Part shown: positions 19,601-26,045 of the stretch, one piece after another
Layout of the letters: every line of letters starts with the position of its first letter
Numbering within the stretch: the first letter of the stretch is position 1
Virus record (IMG/VR): IMGVR_UViG_3300014208_001045
Span: 1 to 52,085 of that record
Length of the DNA: 52,085 nucleotides
Strand: one strand, 5' to 3'
Origin: a virus
Lineage: Duplodnaviria > Caudoviricetes
The notes under the pieces: generated by a model
What the model was told of the DNA's origin: nothing
The model's input: only the letters and a program-made list of their open reading frames with translations
The model's database searches: none
Position numbers and translations under genes: made by a program

Positions 19601-19910
19601 TGATGCCATATCATACCCGCGGGATCTTTACGGAAAGACAACGGGCAAGACTGTGACGGCCCATAGACAAAATCATAATGTTGCTTCTTTAAAAAATGCG
19701 GCAAATGGATCGAGTAATGAGACAAATTTTAAACAATCTTTAAGCGTTCTTGATCCTGATTTGGAAACATGGATCTGTTCATCACCGTCTCAAAAACAAG
19801 AGATGATAGAAATTATGCGGGAACATGGTTATCGGGAATGGCCGGGAGGTAAAAAATTGAGTGATGTTTTTCTGACGAAGGAAGAAGCAATTGAAAGATA
19901 TCGTAAATAA
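13689..19910 (+). CDS. Giant MuF (SPP1 gp7-like) head morphogenesis protein with polyvalent C-terminal enzyme domains (zincin, Nudix, HipA/PI3K-like kinase, possible ART)
   Basis: MuF ATLDGKTTPTCRALDG...PPFHFNCRS; HELGH at 15360; Nudix box GTIEQGVSRQVTAIKEVFEETGL at 16050; kinase YYIKF/NEV/DAWLANWD/DNGG at about 17580-17900; located directly after the portal. Confidence 0.9.
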   Translation: MPDKIPEKLFNSVVKDQVQLDKYSIGLANRVESLLKKTQADVVGAIAKNDPTGPVMTKWRADRLEKLNADISSIVDSRFSEIKDSVKQDLSAVAKAQASNVVQKTNAAIGANLFEVTLDPKNVKSILENTLIDGKLIGDWWDKQSADTKSLLQGQMIAGTQALQIGMVQGESVGELINRIKGTATKPGIMNITRRAAASLVRTSVMQVANNVRMETYKANADVLAGVQVIATLDGKTTPTCRALDGKAYDMEGRPIGHEMLLPPGPPFHFNCRSSMMPLLKSFEELVGIKSPLSKQAIAEVNDLPGEQRASMNGQVAGDLDYNGWLKILPIKEQQAILGPGKWKLWFENNLDMTDLVDNRANPLTLKELQAAFGDLVAKKELVLEDQLKNLASQAEGVADFNKKVGELSQQGDSVYGSWSLAKQSSEQVIKLIQEAEAMTYEQLKLAFEKLKIKNNFFDPQIAAKLPRPHLNQLYASLKQHVGMFSKGKQWPEIIIKELSQSQANWIGSFTPANNKIAINSKYAFNVQKMATAGKNCMSSKFHCPSFANYSLKSTLDHELGHSLTTKEPKALRKLKLSLKKIDIQTGVSKYATKSRKEFFAEAWEEYLNAEHPRLLARTVGDIVTKKDPALVEKILKWASTGENVFKNLVFLNKETTAAEIIKAKGGASQFVAKVVQTTEAEIIAKQEKVLLTDLKDANKVVTFTPKQKLPEGIFTPVEGGFPALAEGKKTMYGKLNIYPDTGIIHEPIMASGKQSAGMILIDAETEKVWLCSPKGQFGGYQNTFPKGTIEQGVSRQVTAIKEVFEETGLEGKPLFHLGDYKKTTGTTRYYVGVKTGGSPAMMGWESEAVHLCPLNKLSTLLNSEIDKDIAKDFISNYKEALKLGEGKPIKGFEILNKEKIAKDKVENLIEEYSGLLGEKKIGALNKAEIKWEQKKGIIKTDIYETAQEKIGIWAQNPNTTGGMALEKYKGNFPKFLDTDNVEKVDYPSLWKKVHTDLLKIKSSKDQELLNLINTDKGAIAYDKALKAGKISKAIESDPVAKLKIINDELKTMAEIAKAVSPESTIKTLGATNYDISDPTQAKKFKKMVNFHTYKFIKTVQTGGAIPNAQQQAYNFLSDAEKRKVQKKLAKFGKTVPAGVVTSPKVTVKIAETKVPVPPAETVKPPIKSKVSVEPEPAGSSIKILGATKYDLSNEEEYAKFKKMVSFHASKYVKWAAEGKAIPNAQQQAYDFLDEFQKAKVNEKIGLLKAKLGLGETMKPVPSSVAKKLDFDNLVKYGSAEGSNVGGYYNDINNPAERYYIKFSSNPEIARNEVLTNKLYQAAGVDVPDVQLIDVNGKTGVASKIVDGLLKDGGKTLKQGVVTAGVNDGFVVDAWLANWDVVGLNYDNMLIKDGVKAIRMDNGGGLRFRAQGTPKGTDFGKTVFELETMRGVKNPQAAKIFGKITKADLQAGARKVISIPDSKIEELVRKFGPASEVEKTKLLETLIARKKYIKAEFPEIKMEAPAKLPAGATDRITKFEANAIEKSRINGYAVKTDKKMVEDQQVLFWTEKNVQGKPLVCAQFKLRAEGAEKMNSYLSGTQQGAYDSTKLYDSIMTTLRGIAMVSREGNALRGKDITRAKESLALFKSEIQSLKASNKYRLSDVQNLENHFKPWLDVLETTISRGEGTVYKWAKDNSFKNAFTSPDSIVEKALDSAKSSVQFVKTPKSKIVVAKNVVKGYARQTEEVLDMASHYSGQPYETVIDGVKIKYWPDNNDTPFSFRGLVRAETQGQTKAEMEKILSVLEEKLSLDMARASQADQELLYLSQIAYSRNSPACKTLLTQLEKGPRAGDIEKQIDFLKKGISSDAGFDITKSSNYNYEGFTKTYGTGKLHNYRPDYVDSEWKEFENGHKIVKDVGGSGRELLRQLLDNGGEMISNVERGRKGFDYGGMSPVADIDTGGANYFFTRIKTNDEAFKFDIVWNARVLRRVDAISYPRDLYGKTTGKTVTAHRQNHNVASLKNAANGSSNETNFKQSLSVLDPDLETWICSSPSQKQEMIEIMREHGYREWPGGKKLSDVFLTKEEAIERYRK
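16884..17387 (+). repeat. Two ~52-aa internal repeats in the MuF protein, 348 bp apart
   Basis: IKTLGATNYD...KFKKMV.FH..K...AIPNAQQQAY.FL twice; identical 27 bp at 17004-17030 and 17352-17378. Confidence 0.92.
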
Positions 19911-19943
19911 TTCTCTTTATTTTTCACGGGTTAACGGATTATA

Positions 19944-19952
19944 TATATAATA
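19944..19952 (+). promoter_or_regulatory. TATATAATA putative promoter for the post-MuF small genes
   Basis: AT-rich 75-bp gap after the MuF stop contains the motif. Confidence 0.45.
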
Positions 19953-19985
19953 TAAATATAGTCCGTTAATTATTTTAGAAAGGAG

Positions 19986-20369
19986 ATGGTAATGGCAAGA
20001 CTTACAGATAAACCGTTGAAAATTGAGGGAGAAGCTTGTGGCAAAAGGATTGTTGACAGTCTGTATAAAAGCGGAGATCTTTATTATTTTGTAGACATTG
20101 GTTGGGCAGAGCCGATATCTCATCCGGTACATTGCATTGGCAAAATGACCGGGGCAAGCTCGGAGGAATGGGAGTTTACTGATGATATTGATCGGGTTTT
20201 TTATATTACCCCTATTGAGGACGCTGATTCAAATGGCGGCATTCCCATGATAAAGGCTTACAATGACTGGAAACGGTATTTGCAGGAGAAGTATCCAAAG
20301 GCGAACGCAGTTGATTTTATGAAAAGAGACTTAGGGATGCCAGATGCTGAATTTGAATTAATTGGATAG
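19986..20369 (+). CDS. Hypothetical acidic protein, candidate immunity protein for the MuF effector
   Basis: 127 aa, AAGGAG RBS, immediately downstream of MuF. Confidence 0.7.
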   Translation: MVMARLTDKPLKIEGEACGKRIVDSLYKSGDLYYFVDIGWAEPISHPVHCIGKMTGASSEEWEFTDDIDRVFYITPIEDADSNGGIPMIKAYNDWKRYLQEKYPKANAVDFMKRDLGMPDAEFELIG

Positions 20370-20380
20370 GAGATTTTATT

Positions 20381-20557
20381 ATGATAGGAGAAGTGCCCCT
20401 TTGTTTGGAATGCGAAAGATTTGTTGATGATCTTGATAACTGGCATTGCCCTGCTTTCCCTGAAGGCATCCCTGACGAGATCATTATGGGTTTTGATCAC
20501 AGAAAAGAATTCCCGGGCGATAAAGGAATCAGATTTTTGCCTAAGAAAGGAGAATAA
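20381..20557 (+). CDS. Small CxxC...CxAFPxGIP...DH..GDxGIxF protein (58 aa), not in the ORF track
   Basis: AGGAG RBS; MIGEVPLCLECERFVDDLDNWHCPAFPEGIPDEIIMGFDHRKEFPGDKGIRFLPKKGE; family recalled as often following MuF genes. Confidence 0.8.
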   Translation: MIGEVPLCLECERFVDDLDNWHCPAFPEGIPDEIIMGFDHRKEFPGDKGIRFLPKKGE

Positions 20558-20561
20558 CGTT

Positions 20562-20945
20562 ATGTGGGTTTTTACAATAGACGGCTTTTTTAGCGTGGTG
20601 CATAAGCCACAACAGAAAGCCGGTATGGTTACAGTCAGAAGCAGATCTCGTAGAGACCTGCTTTGGTTTTTGGAGCGGGTGGACGGAGCTATTAAAGATA
20701 TTAAAGAGCATGCCGGGACTGATTATGAATTTCGGGTGGAGATAAGTGAGGAAAAATGGCGTGCTTATCTTGGCGAGATGAGTCAAAAACTGAACTACTC
20801 CAATTTTAAAGATGAGGTCTCTTTAATAGATAAAAAACGAGGCTCATTATATTTACAGGTCTGGTTGGCCATGCTTCATGTTTTTGAACCGCGAAAAAAG
20901 CGTAAAAAAAGCAAAGATTTATTTATTTATGAAAAAGTTCTTTGA
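20562..20945 (+). CDS. Conserved-looking hypothetical protein (MWxFTxxGFxSxV...DYxxR...YxNFK)
   Basis: AAGGAG RBS before ATG 20562 (in frame with track ORF 20421..20945). Confidence 0.75.
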   Translation: MWVFTIDGFFSVVHKPQQKAGMVTVRSRSRRDLLWFLERVDGAIKDIKEHAGTDYEFRVEISEEKWRAYLGEMSQKLNYSNFKDEVSLIDKKRGSLYLQVWLAMLHVFEPRKKRKKSKDLFIYEKVL

Positions 20946-21007
20946 GATTTAAAAGTTTTAGGTTAATATAAGTCATCATTAATTCAAACCTACCGGGAGG
21001 AGATTTT

Positions 21008-21778
21008 ATGTTAAAATTGGTTGTCGACAAAGTAGAAGACGTTGAAGAGAAAAACCGAGATCTTTATAAAAAAGGAGCCGACGGTAAATTTTATCTTCAG
21101 ACGGAAGAAGACACAGAGACAAAGAAGAAGATCGACGAGTTCAGGACAAACAACATCAAGCTGATGAAGGAAAAAGAAGACCTTGAGAAAAAGATGGCTT
21201 CGATGGGTGATCCTACCGAAATTGCAAAGATGAAGAAAAAATTGCAGGAGATCGAAGACAAAAAAATGATCGAAGCCGGTAAGCTTGACGAACTGGTTGA
21301 TCAAAAAGTTGCAAGGATGAAGACCGATTTTGAGAATCAGATTAAAAAGATGACCGAGTCTTTGGAGAATAAAGATAAAGATCTGATTAAGATAAACGAG
21401 CAACTATCTTCTGTCCTGATTGACTCTGAGATCACAAAAGCGGTTACCTCTGTCGGCGGCGTTCGTAAGGATGCAATGCAAGACATCTTATCAAGGGGCA
21501 GAAAGGTATGGAGACTGGAAGATGGCAAGCCGGTTCCCAAAGAGGGAGACAAGCTTTTATACGGTAAAGATGGTAAAGCGGCAATGACTTTTGATGAATG
21601 GGCCAATATCCTTGCAGATACGGCCCCTTTCCTGTTTGAAGGATCTGGTGGTTCCGGAGCTGGCGGGAGTGAAAGAAAAATTATTCCCGGGTCAACAAAA
21701 GTGGAGTGGGGTAAAATACCCCCGAACGAAAGACTTAAAATGATTCATGGAGATCCTAAACTTCAGGCAAAACAATAA
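21008..21778 (+). CDS. Capsid scaffolding protein
   Basis: Charged coiled-coil, EFRTNNI motif, PFLFEGSGGSGAGG near the C-terminus; directly upstream of the capsid gene. Confidence 0.85.
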   Translation: MLKLVVDKVEDVEEKNRDLYKKGADGKFYLQTEEDTETKKKIDEFRTNNIKLMKEKEDLEKKMASMGDPTEIAKMKKKLQEIEDKKMIEAGKLDELVDQKVARMKTDFENQIKKMTESLENKDKDLIKINEQLSSVLIDSEITKAVTSVGGVRKDAMQDILSRGRKVWRLEDGKPVPKEGDKLLYGKDGKAAMTFDEWANILADTAPFLFEGSGGSGAGGSERKIIPGSTKVEWGKIPPNERLKMIHGDPKLQAKQ

Positions 21779-21791
21779 GGAGATAAATAAC

Positions 21792-21910
21792 GGCTCGGTG
21801 AGCCAACCAACTTTATAAACAAACAGTTTGAGTTCGGTGAACAAAAACGGAATCCCGGCGGGATTTTAATCTTTAAATAGATTACTATCTTTAGCCGGGA
21901 TTTTTTATTT
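21792..21910 (+). promoter_or_regulatory. Three CGGYG-loop hairpins plus a mutually exclusive terminator-like stem in the capsid leader
   Basis: GGCT-CGGTG-AGCC (21792-804), GTT-CGGTG-AAC (21832-42), AATCC-CGGCG-GGATT (21851-65); AATCCCGGC 21851-59 also pairs with GCCGGGATT 21894-902, followed by a U-tract. Confidence 0.65.
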
Positions 21911-21943
21911 AACAACCACTAAAAAAGAAGGAGGACGATTAAG

Positions 21944-22888
21944 ATGGCGTTAACACTTGTAGAAAGCGCAAAAATTGCTTTAGGCAGAGATGAAGTCTTG
22001 AAAGCAACGGTCATGGAACTCTTCGCCAAAGGGTCAGACATCATGCAGTTTCTTCCGTTTGAGGACATTACCGGTAATGCCTTGAAGTTTGACAGGGAGA
22101 AGAATCTCCCGGGCGTAGCCTTCAGGGGAGTAAATGAAGGATATACCGAAAGCACTGGCGAAGTTGAAAAAGTCATTGAGTCACTGGCAATTGCTGGTGG
22201 AGACCTTGACGTTGATGTTTTCCTGGTAAAAACAGGCGGTGCTGGTCAAAGAGCTGTACAGGAAAATCTGAAGATCAAGGCTTTAACACTCAATATCACC
22301 AAACAGATTGTTAAAGGGTCAGTTCTTGTTGACCCGAAAGGCTTTGATGGCCTTCAGGTCAGATGCACAGGAGATCAGCTTATCTCTTCTGGTGCGACCT
22401 CTGCTTCACAGGCTCAGGCATTGGCGCTCACCAAACTTGATGAGGTAATTGATGCAGTCGAAGATCCTACCCATCTTATCATGAACAAGACAATGCGCCG
22501 GTTGCTGTCTGCGGCCGCAAGAAGCTCATCTGTAGGCGGATACATCACTTACGAGCTGGATGCTTTCGGCCGAAGGGTGACAAGGTACAATGATCTCCCG
22601 ATTCTCATTGTCGACAAAGACGAAAACAATTCCGATATCTTGGCATTTGACGAACTTGGCCCGGCCGCTTCCGCCAGCGAAAACACCTCTATCTACTGCG
22701 TCTCCTTTGCAGAGAATGGGGTTCTTGGTCTTCAAAATGCGGAGATGGATGTTCGGGATCTGCAGGAACAGGATTCCAAACCGGTTTACCGGACAAGGGT
22801 GGAATGGTATATTACTCTTGGTATTCTCCGCCCGAGAGCCGCGGCAAGGCTTTATGGTCTCCGGAATTCGGCAGTAACGGCAACTTAA
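21944..22888 (+). CDS. Major capsid protein (HK97 fold, epsilon15 gp7/BPP-1-like)
   Basis: 314 aa; LPGVAFRGVNEGY, GGDLDVD, KGFDGL, SIYCV, YRTRVEWY, AAARL; strong GGAGGA RBS. Confidence 0.92.
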   Translation: MALTLVESAKIALGRDEVLKATVMELFAKGSDIMQFLPFEDITGNALKFDREKNLPGVAFRGVNEGYTESTGEVEKVIESLAIAGGDLDVDVFLVKTGGAGQRAVQENLKIKALTLNITKQIVKGSVLVDPKGFDGLQVRCTGDQLISSGATSASQAQALALTKLDEVIDAVEDPTHLIMNKTMRRLLSAAARSSSVGGYITYELDAFGRRVTRYNDLPILIVDKDENNSDILAFDELGPAASASENTSIYCVSFAENGVLGLQNAEMDVRDLQEQDSKPVYRTRVEWYITLGILRPRAAARLYGLRNSAVTAT

Positions 22889-22976
22889 TAATTTTTTGAA
22901 TTAACTATCGGCGACTGGATCGCCAAAGGTTTTAATATTGACTTAAACATTTTACTTTGAAAAGGAGGATTTTATA

Positions 22977-23447
22977 ATGTTAGATAACAGGAAGGTTATT
23001 ATTGATATGCTTGGTAAGCTTGCTGATACTGGGTCTGCCGCTATTGCCGCGAGTGCCGCTGGAACGATTGACGGGGTGGCAAAAGTGTTTGATACCGGTG
23101 GTGGATATACGGAAGGCAAATTCGTTATCGACATCAGCGCGCATACGGGCTATGCGGCGGCGGCAAGTTGCCAGACAATAGAGATCTGTCTGGAAGGATC
23201 TACCACAACGACTTTTACGACCTATGCAAAACTTGCCTCTTTAACAATTGGCCAGAAAGCGGCGGCTTTTGCTCACAGCCGCTTGGGCAATGACAGCACC
23301 ATCGCATCAATCGGTACCGGCCGTTTCATCAAACCGTTTACAAACGATTTCGGTGGAACAGTTCTCCGTTACCTGAGATGCTATGCGGCTTTCGGCGGAA
23401 CAGTCAGCGATAACGATATCGAATTTGAGGCTTGGCTCTCCAAGTAA
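22977..23447 (+). CDS. Capsid cement/decoration protein (Bbp16-like)
   Basis: Follows the capsid gene; N-terminal IIDxL and C-terminal LRYLRCY...AWL pattern; Ala/Thr/Ser-rich. Confidence 0.7.
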   Translation: MLDNRKVIIDMLGKLADTGSAAIAASAAGTIDGVAKVFDTGGGYTEGKFVIDISAHTGYAAAASCQTIEICLEGSTTTTFTTYAKLASLTIGQKAAAFAHSRLGNDSTIASIGTGRFIKPFTNDFGGTVLRYLRCYAAFGGTVSDNDIEFEAWLSK

Positions 23448-23465
23448 CCATTATGATAAAGGACG

Positions 23466-24686
23466 GTGACGATAATGAAATCCGGGAAATTGTTGTCCGC
23501 CTGCATGATGGTGAAAGATGAAGAGGCAAATATCGGCAGGTGCTTAAACTCGATTAAAGGTTTTGTAGATGAAATAATTATTGTAGACACGGGCTCGACA
23601 GATGATACGATCAACATCGCCAAGTCTTTTGGCGCCCGTGTCTACAATCATCCTTGGCAAAGTGATTTTTCACTTCATCGCAATCAATCACTTTCTTATT
23701 GTAAAACAGAGTGGGCTTTTATAATTGATGCTGATGAAGAGCTGGTTTTTGAGGAGAGTAGCAAACAGCTAAGAACCAGGATCAAGACAATCCCACATAA
23801 GTTTCCCTCCGCCGCGCTTTTGGTTAAAGATATACAAAAAGGGTTGGCGGTGATGCAATTCAATTCAGCAAGATTTTTTCGCCGGGGTCAGGTCAAATAT
23901 GAGGAAATAGTCCACAATCAGCCTGTCGTAAAAGGCAAGGCGGTTTTTTGCAAGGGCTTTTATCTTAAACATTACGGATATGATTTGTCTCCAGAACAAA
24001 AACAAAAGAAATTTGAGAGAACTCACTCTCTATTGATGAAACAGGTGGAGTTGGGAGAGCTTAAAAACGGCTTTCCTTATTTCTATCTCTGCCAGCTTCA
24101 TGCTCAAAACGATCAACCGGATCAAGCAGTTGTTTGGGGGGAGAAGTATTTTGAAATCTATGATCGCGGAGAGATCCCTGACGGAATGTTCAATAAAACG
24201 CATTATTTTACCATGGTTAAGCAGTACATGAGGTGCGGGGAGAAAGAGAAAGCACATGCCTGGTTGATGAGAGGGCATGAAAAAATGCCGGGAGATCTTG
24301 ATTTGACAGCGGCCGCGCTTGAATATGGTTTATGGATCGGAGATAAGGATCTTGTAATTCATTCTGGAAATGATTTTATCAAAATATATCAGCAGTATGA
24401 AAAAGATCCTTCTAAAAAGTCTCAAAAATTTGTCTTCTCTATGAGGCCGGAAGTTTTGTCAATGATATTGATGCATCTTGTACTTGCTCATGTCGGTAAA
24501 GCAGGAGACGGTCTTAGGCTTTTATTCGCATCATTAAAAGACGCACCACCAAATTTTAGAGACGGCATTATGACTGATCTTAAAAGGGAGATGGCTAAGT
24601 TATCTTTCCCTGTAAAGATAGAGCCGGTTACCCGGCCAGAAGAAATAAAGAATGTCGATATGGAACTAACAACATTAAGTATTTAA
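23466..24686 (+). CDS. GT2 glycosyltransferase with helical (TPR-like) C-terminus, resembling flagellin/peptide glycosyltransferases
   Basis: LSACMMVKDEE..IGRCL.S....VDEIIIVDTGSTDDT, WQSDFS..RN, DADE (DxD), VHNQ, HYGY. Confidence 0.9.
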   Translation: MTIMKSGKLLSACMMVKDEEANIGRCLNSIKGFVDEIIIVDTGSTDDTINIAKSFGARVYNHPWQSDFSLHRNQSLSYCKTEWAFIIDADEELVFEESSKQLRTRIKTIPHKFPSAALLVKDIQKGLAVMQFNSARFFRRGQVKYEEIVHNQPVVKGKAVFCKGFYLKHYGYDLSPEQKQKKFERTHSLLMKQVELGELKNGFPYFYLCQLHAQNDQPDQAVVWGEKYFEIYDRGEIPDGMFNKTHYFTMVKQYMRCGEKEKAHAWLMRGHEKMPGDLDLTAAALEYGLWIGDKDLVIHSGNDFIKIYQQYEKDPSKKSQKFVFSMRPEVLSMILMHLVLAHVGKAGDGLRLLFASLKDAPPNFRDGIMTDLKREMAKLSFPVKIEPVTRPEEIKNVDMELTTLSI

Positions 24687-24706
24687 ACCGAAAAGGAGAT
24701 TAGATC

Positions 24707-25030
24707 ATGCCATTTTACGCTTATAGAAAACCAGACGGAACACAGGTTTCTTTTATCCACAAAGTTGATTGGCTGACTGCTGTTAAGTCAGGTAATTTTA
24801 CCGCTAATCCTCCGGGGACTCCGCAGGAAGCCCCTAAGCCTCCCAAAGTAAAAGGGGAGAAGATTCAAGATGTAGATCCTGAAAAAGATAAGGCTCCTGT
24901 AGATCCTGAAAAAGATAAAGAGCCGGTAGATCCTGAAAAAGATAAGGCTCCTGTAGATCCTGAAAAAAATAAGGCTCCGGTAGATCCGACAAAGCCAAAG
25001 AAACGATCGTCTAAAAACCAGACCTCATAA
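24707..25030 (+). CDS. Lys/Pro-rich low-complexity protein with VDPEKDKAP repeats
   Basis: AAGGAG RBS; 9-aa repeats. Confidence 0.8.
   Translation: MPFYAYRKPDGTQVSFIHKVDWLTAVKSGNFTANPPGTPQEAPKPPKVKGEKIQDVDPEKDKAPVDPEKDKEPVDPEKDKAPVDPEKNKAPVDPTKPKKRSSKNQTS
24872..24987 (+). repeat. 27-bp tandem repeat, 4.3 copies (GTAGATCCTGAAAAAGATAAGGCTCCT consensus)
   Basis: Units start at 24872, 24899, 24926, 24953 and (partial) 24980. Confidence 0.95.
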
Positions 25031-25117
25031 TTATCGGGTTTAAAAAGTAAAGAGCCTGTGACAGCATTGAGATAAGGCACAACCAGTAAAGAATTCATAC
25101 TCTGCAAGAGAAACCGG

Positions 25118-25163
25118 GACGACTACTAAGAAGATGAAACCAAATTAGATCTTAGTGGTCGTC
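25118..25163 (+). promoter_or_regulatory. 14-bp intergenic stem-loop between head and neck genes
   Basis: GACGACTACTAAGA 25118-31 pairs with TCTTAGTGGTCGTC 25150-63 (one G-U); no U-tract. Confidence 0.55.
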
Positions 25164-25207
25164 AGGACAAAGATCATTCTATAGCAGGTTGTTAAAAGGA
25201 AGAGACA

Positions 25208-25510
25208 ATGAATAAACTTAGGGCCAAACAACCATACGAAGAATATTATGTATCTTTTGATTTTTCTGATGTTCTTGGATCAGCTTCGGTCGCTACTGCA
25301 GACATTATTGTTTATGATTCAACCGGGGCGACTTGCACCTCCAGTATTGTAGATCTGGCAAATACGAGTCTTGCTACAACTTCCGTCAATGTATGGGTCA
25401 AAGGAGGGGTAGCAGATCAAGGGTATAAAATAACTTGCAGGATTGAGGGAAATTCAATCCCGTCGGAGAAGTATGAGCTTGATGCTCTTTTACCAGTTGT
25501 AGAAGTTTAA
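25208..25510 (+). CDS. Virion structural protein (fibre/tail adaptor-like, KxPxExxxxxFDF type)
   Basis: KQPYEEYYVSFDFS...VWVKGG..G..YKITC motif; position before the head-tail connector. Confidence 0.65.
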   Translation: MNKLRAKQPYEEYYVSFDFSDVLGSASVATADIIVYDSTGATCTSSIVDLANTSLATTSVNVWVKGGVADQGYKITCRIEGNSIPSEKYELDALLPVVEV

Positions 25511-25521
25511 GGAGGGTTTAA

Positions 25522-26043
25522 ATGGCGGCAACTTTAATTATTGAAGACGGAACAGCGGCCACAATGTCTGCAAACAGCTACATTACTGTGGCTGAAGTAG
25601 ATGCTTTTTGCGTGGATCATGGTTTGTCTTCTTGGGCATCTCTTAGCAATACGGAAAAGATAACGGCAATACTCAGGGGTATGGCTTTTGTTGAATCTGA
25701 GTTTGATTTCAAAGGAGTAAAAATGTCTTATGATAACCCTTTGGAATGGCCGAGGTTCGGAATATATGAGGAAGCGGGCGTTAATCCGTCAGAAGATTTG
25801 ATATATTATCAGGAGATTCCAAAGGGTTTGAAAAAAGCTGTATGTCGTGCGGCTTATGAGGAAAGTGCTTCTCCCGGAATCCTTCAAGCAGATATTACAT
25901 CAAATATTAAAAGGGAGAAAATTGATGTAATTGAAATTGAATATACCGGTCTCCAGCCTTCTAAGACGGTTTATCGGACGATTGAGGGTTTTTTAAAAGG
26001 GCTCCTTAAAAATAAAACCACCGCAAACGTATTGAGAACTTAA
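25522..26043 (+). CDS. Head-tail adaptor/connector protein (DnaT-like-annotated family)
   Basis: IIEDGT..ANSYITVAE, LEWPR, IPKGLKKAVC, KREKIDVIEIEY. Confidence 0.82.
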   Translation: MAATLIIEDGTAATMSANSYITVAEVDAFCVDHGLSSWASLSNTEKITAILRGMAFVESEFDFKGVKMSYDNPLEWPRFGIYEEAGVNPSEDLIYYQEIPKGLKKAVCRAAYEESASPGILQADITSNIKREKIDVIEIEYTGLQPSKTVYRTIEGFLKGLLKNKTTANVLRT

Positions 26044-26045
26044 AA

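Noticed and set aside
20421-20561. N-terminal extension of track ORF 20421..20945
   Set aside because: Overlaps the better-supported 58-aa gene at 20381-20557; the strong RBS precedes ATG 20562.
22907-22935. Strong terminator after the capsid gene (GGCGA-CTGGA-TCGCC)
   Set aside because: Only a 5-bp stem and the T-run is not adjacent; too weak to call.
24872-24987. 27-bp repeats as a CRISPR array
   Set aside because: Head-to-tail with no spacers, in frame within a coding sequence, and no cas genes.
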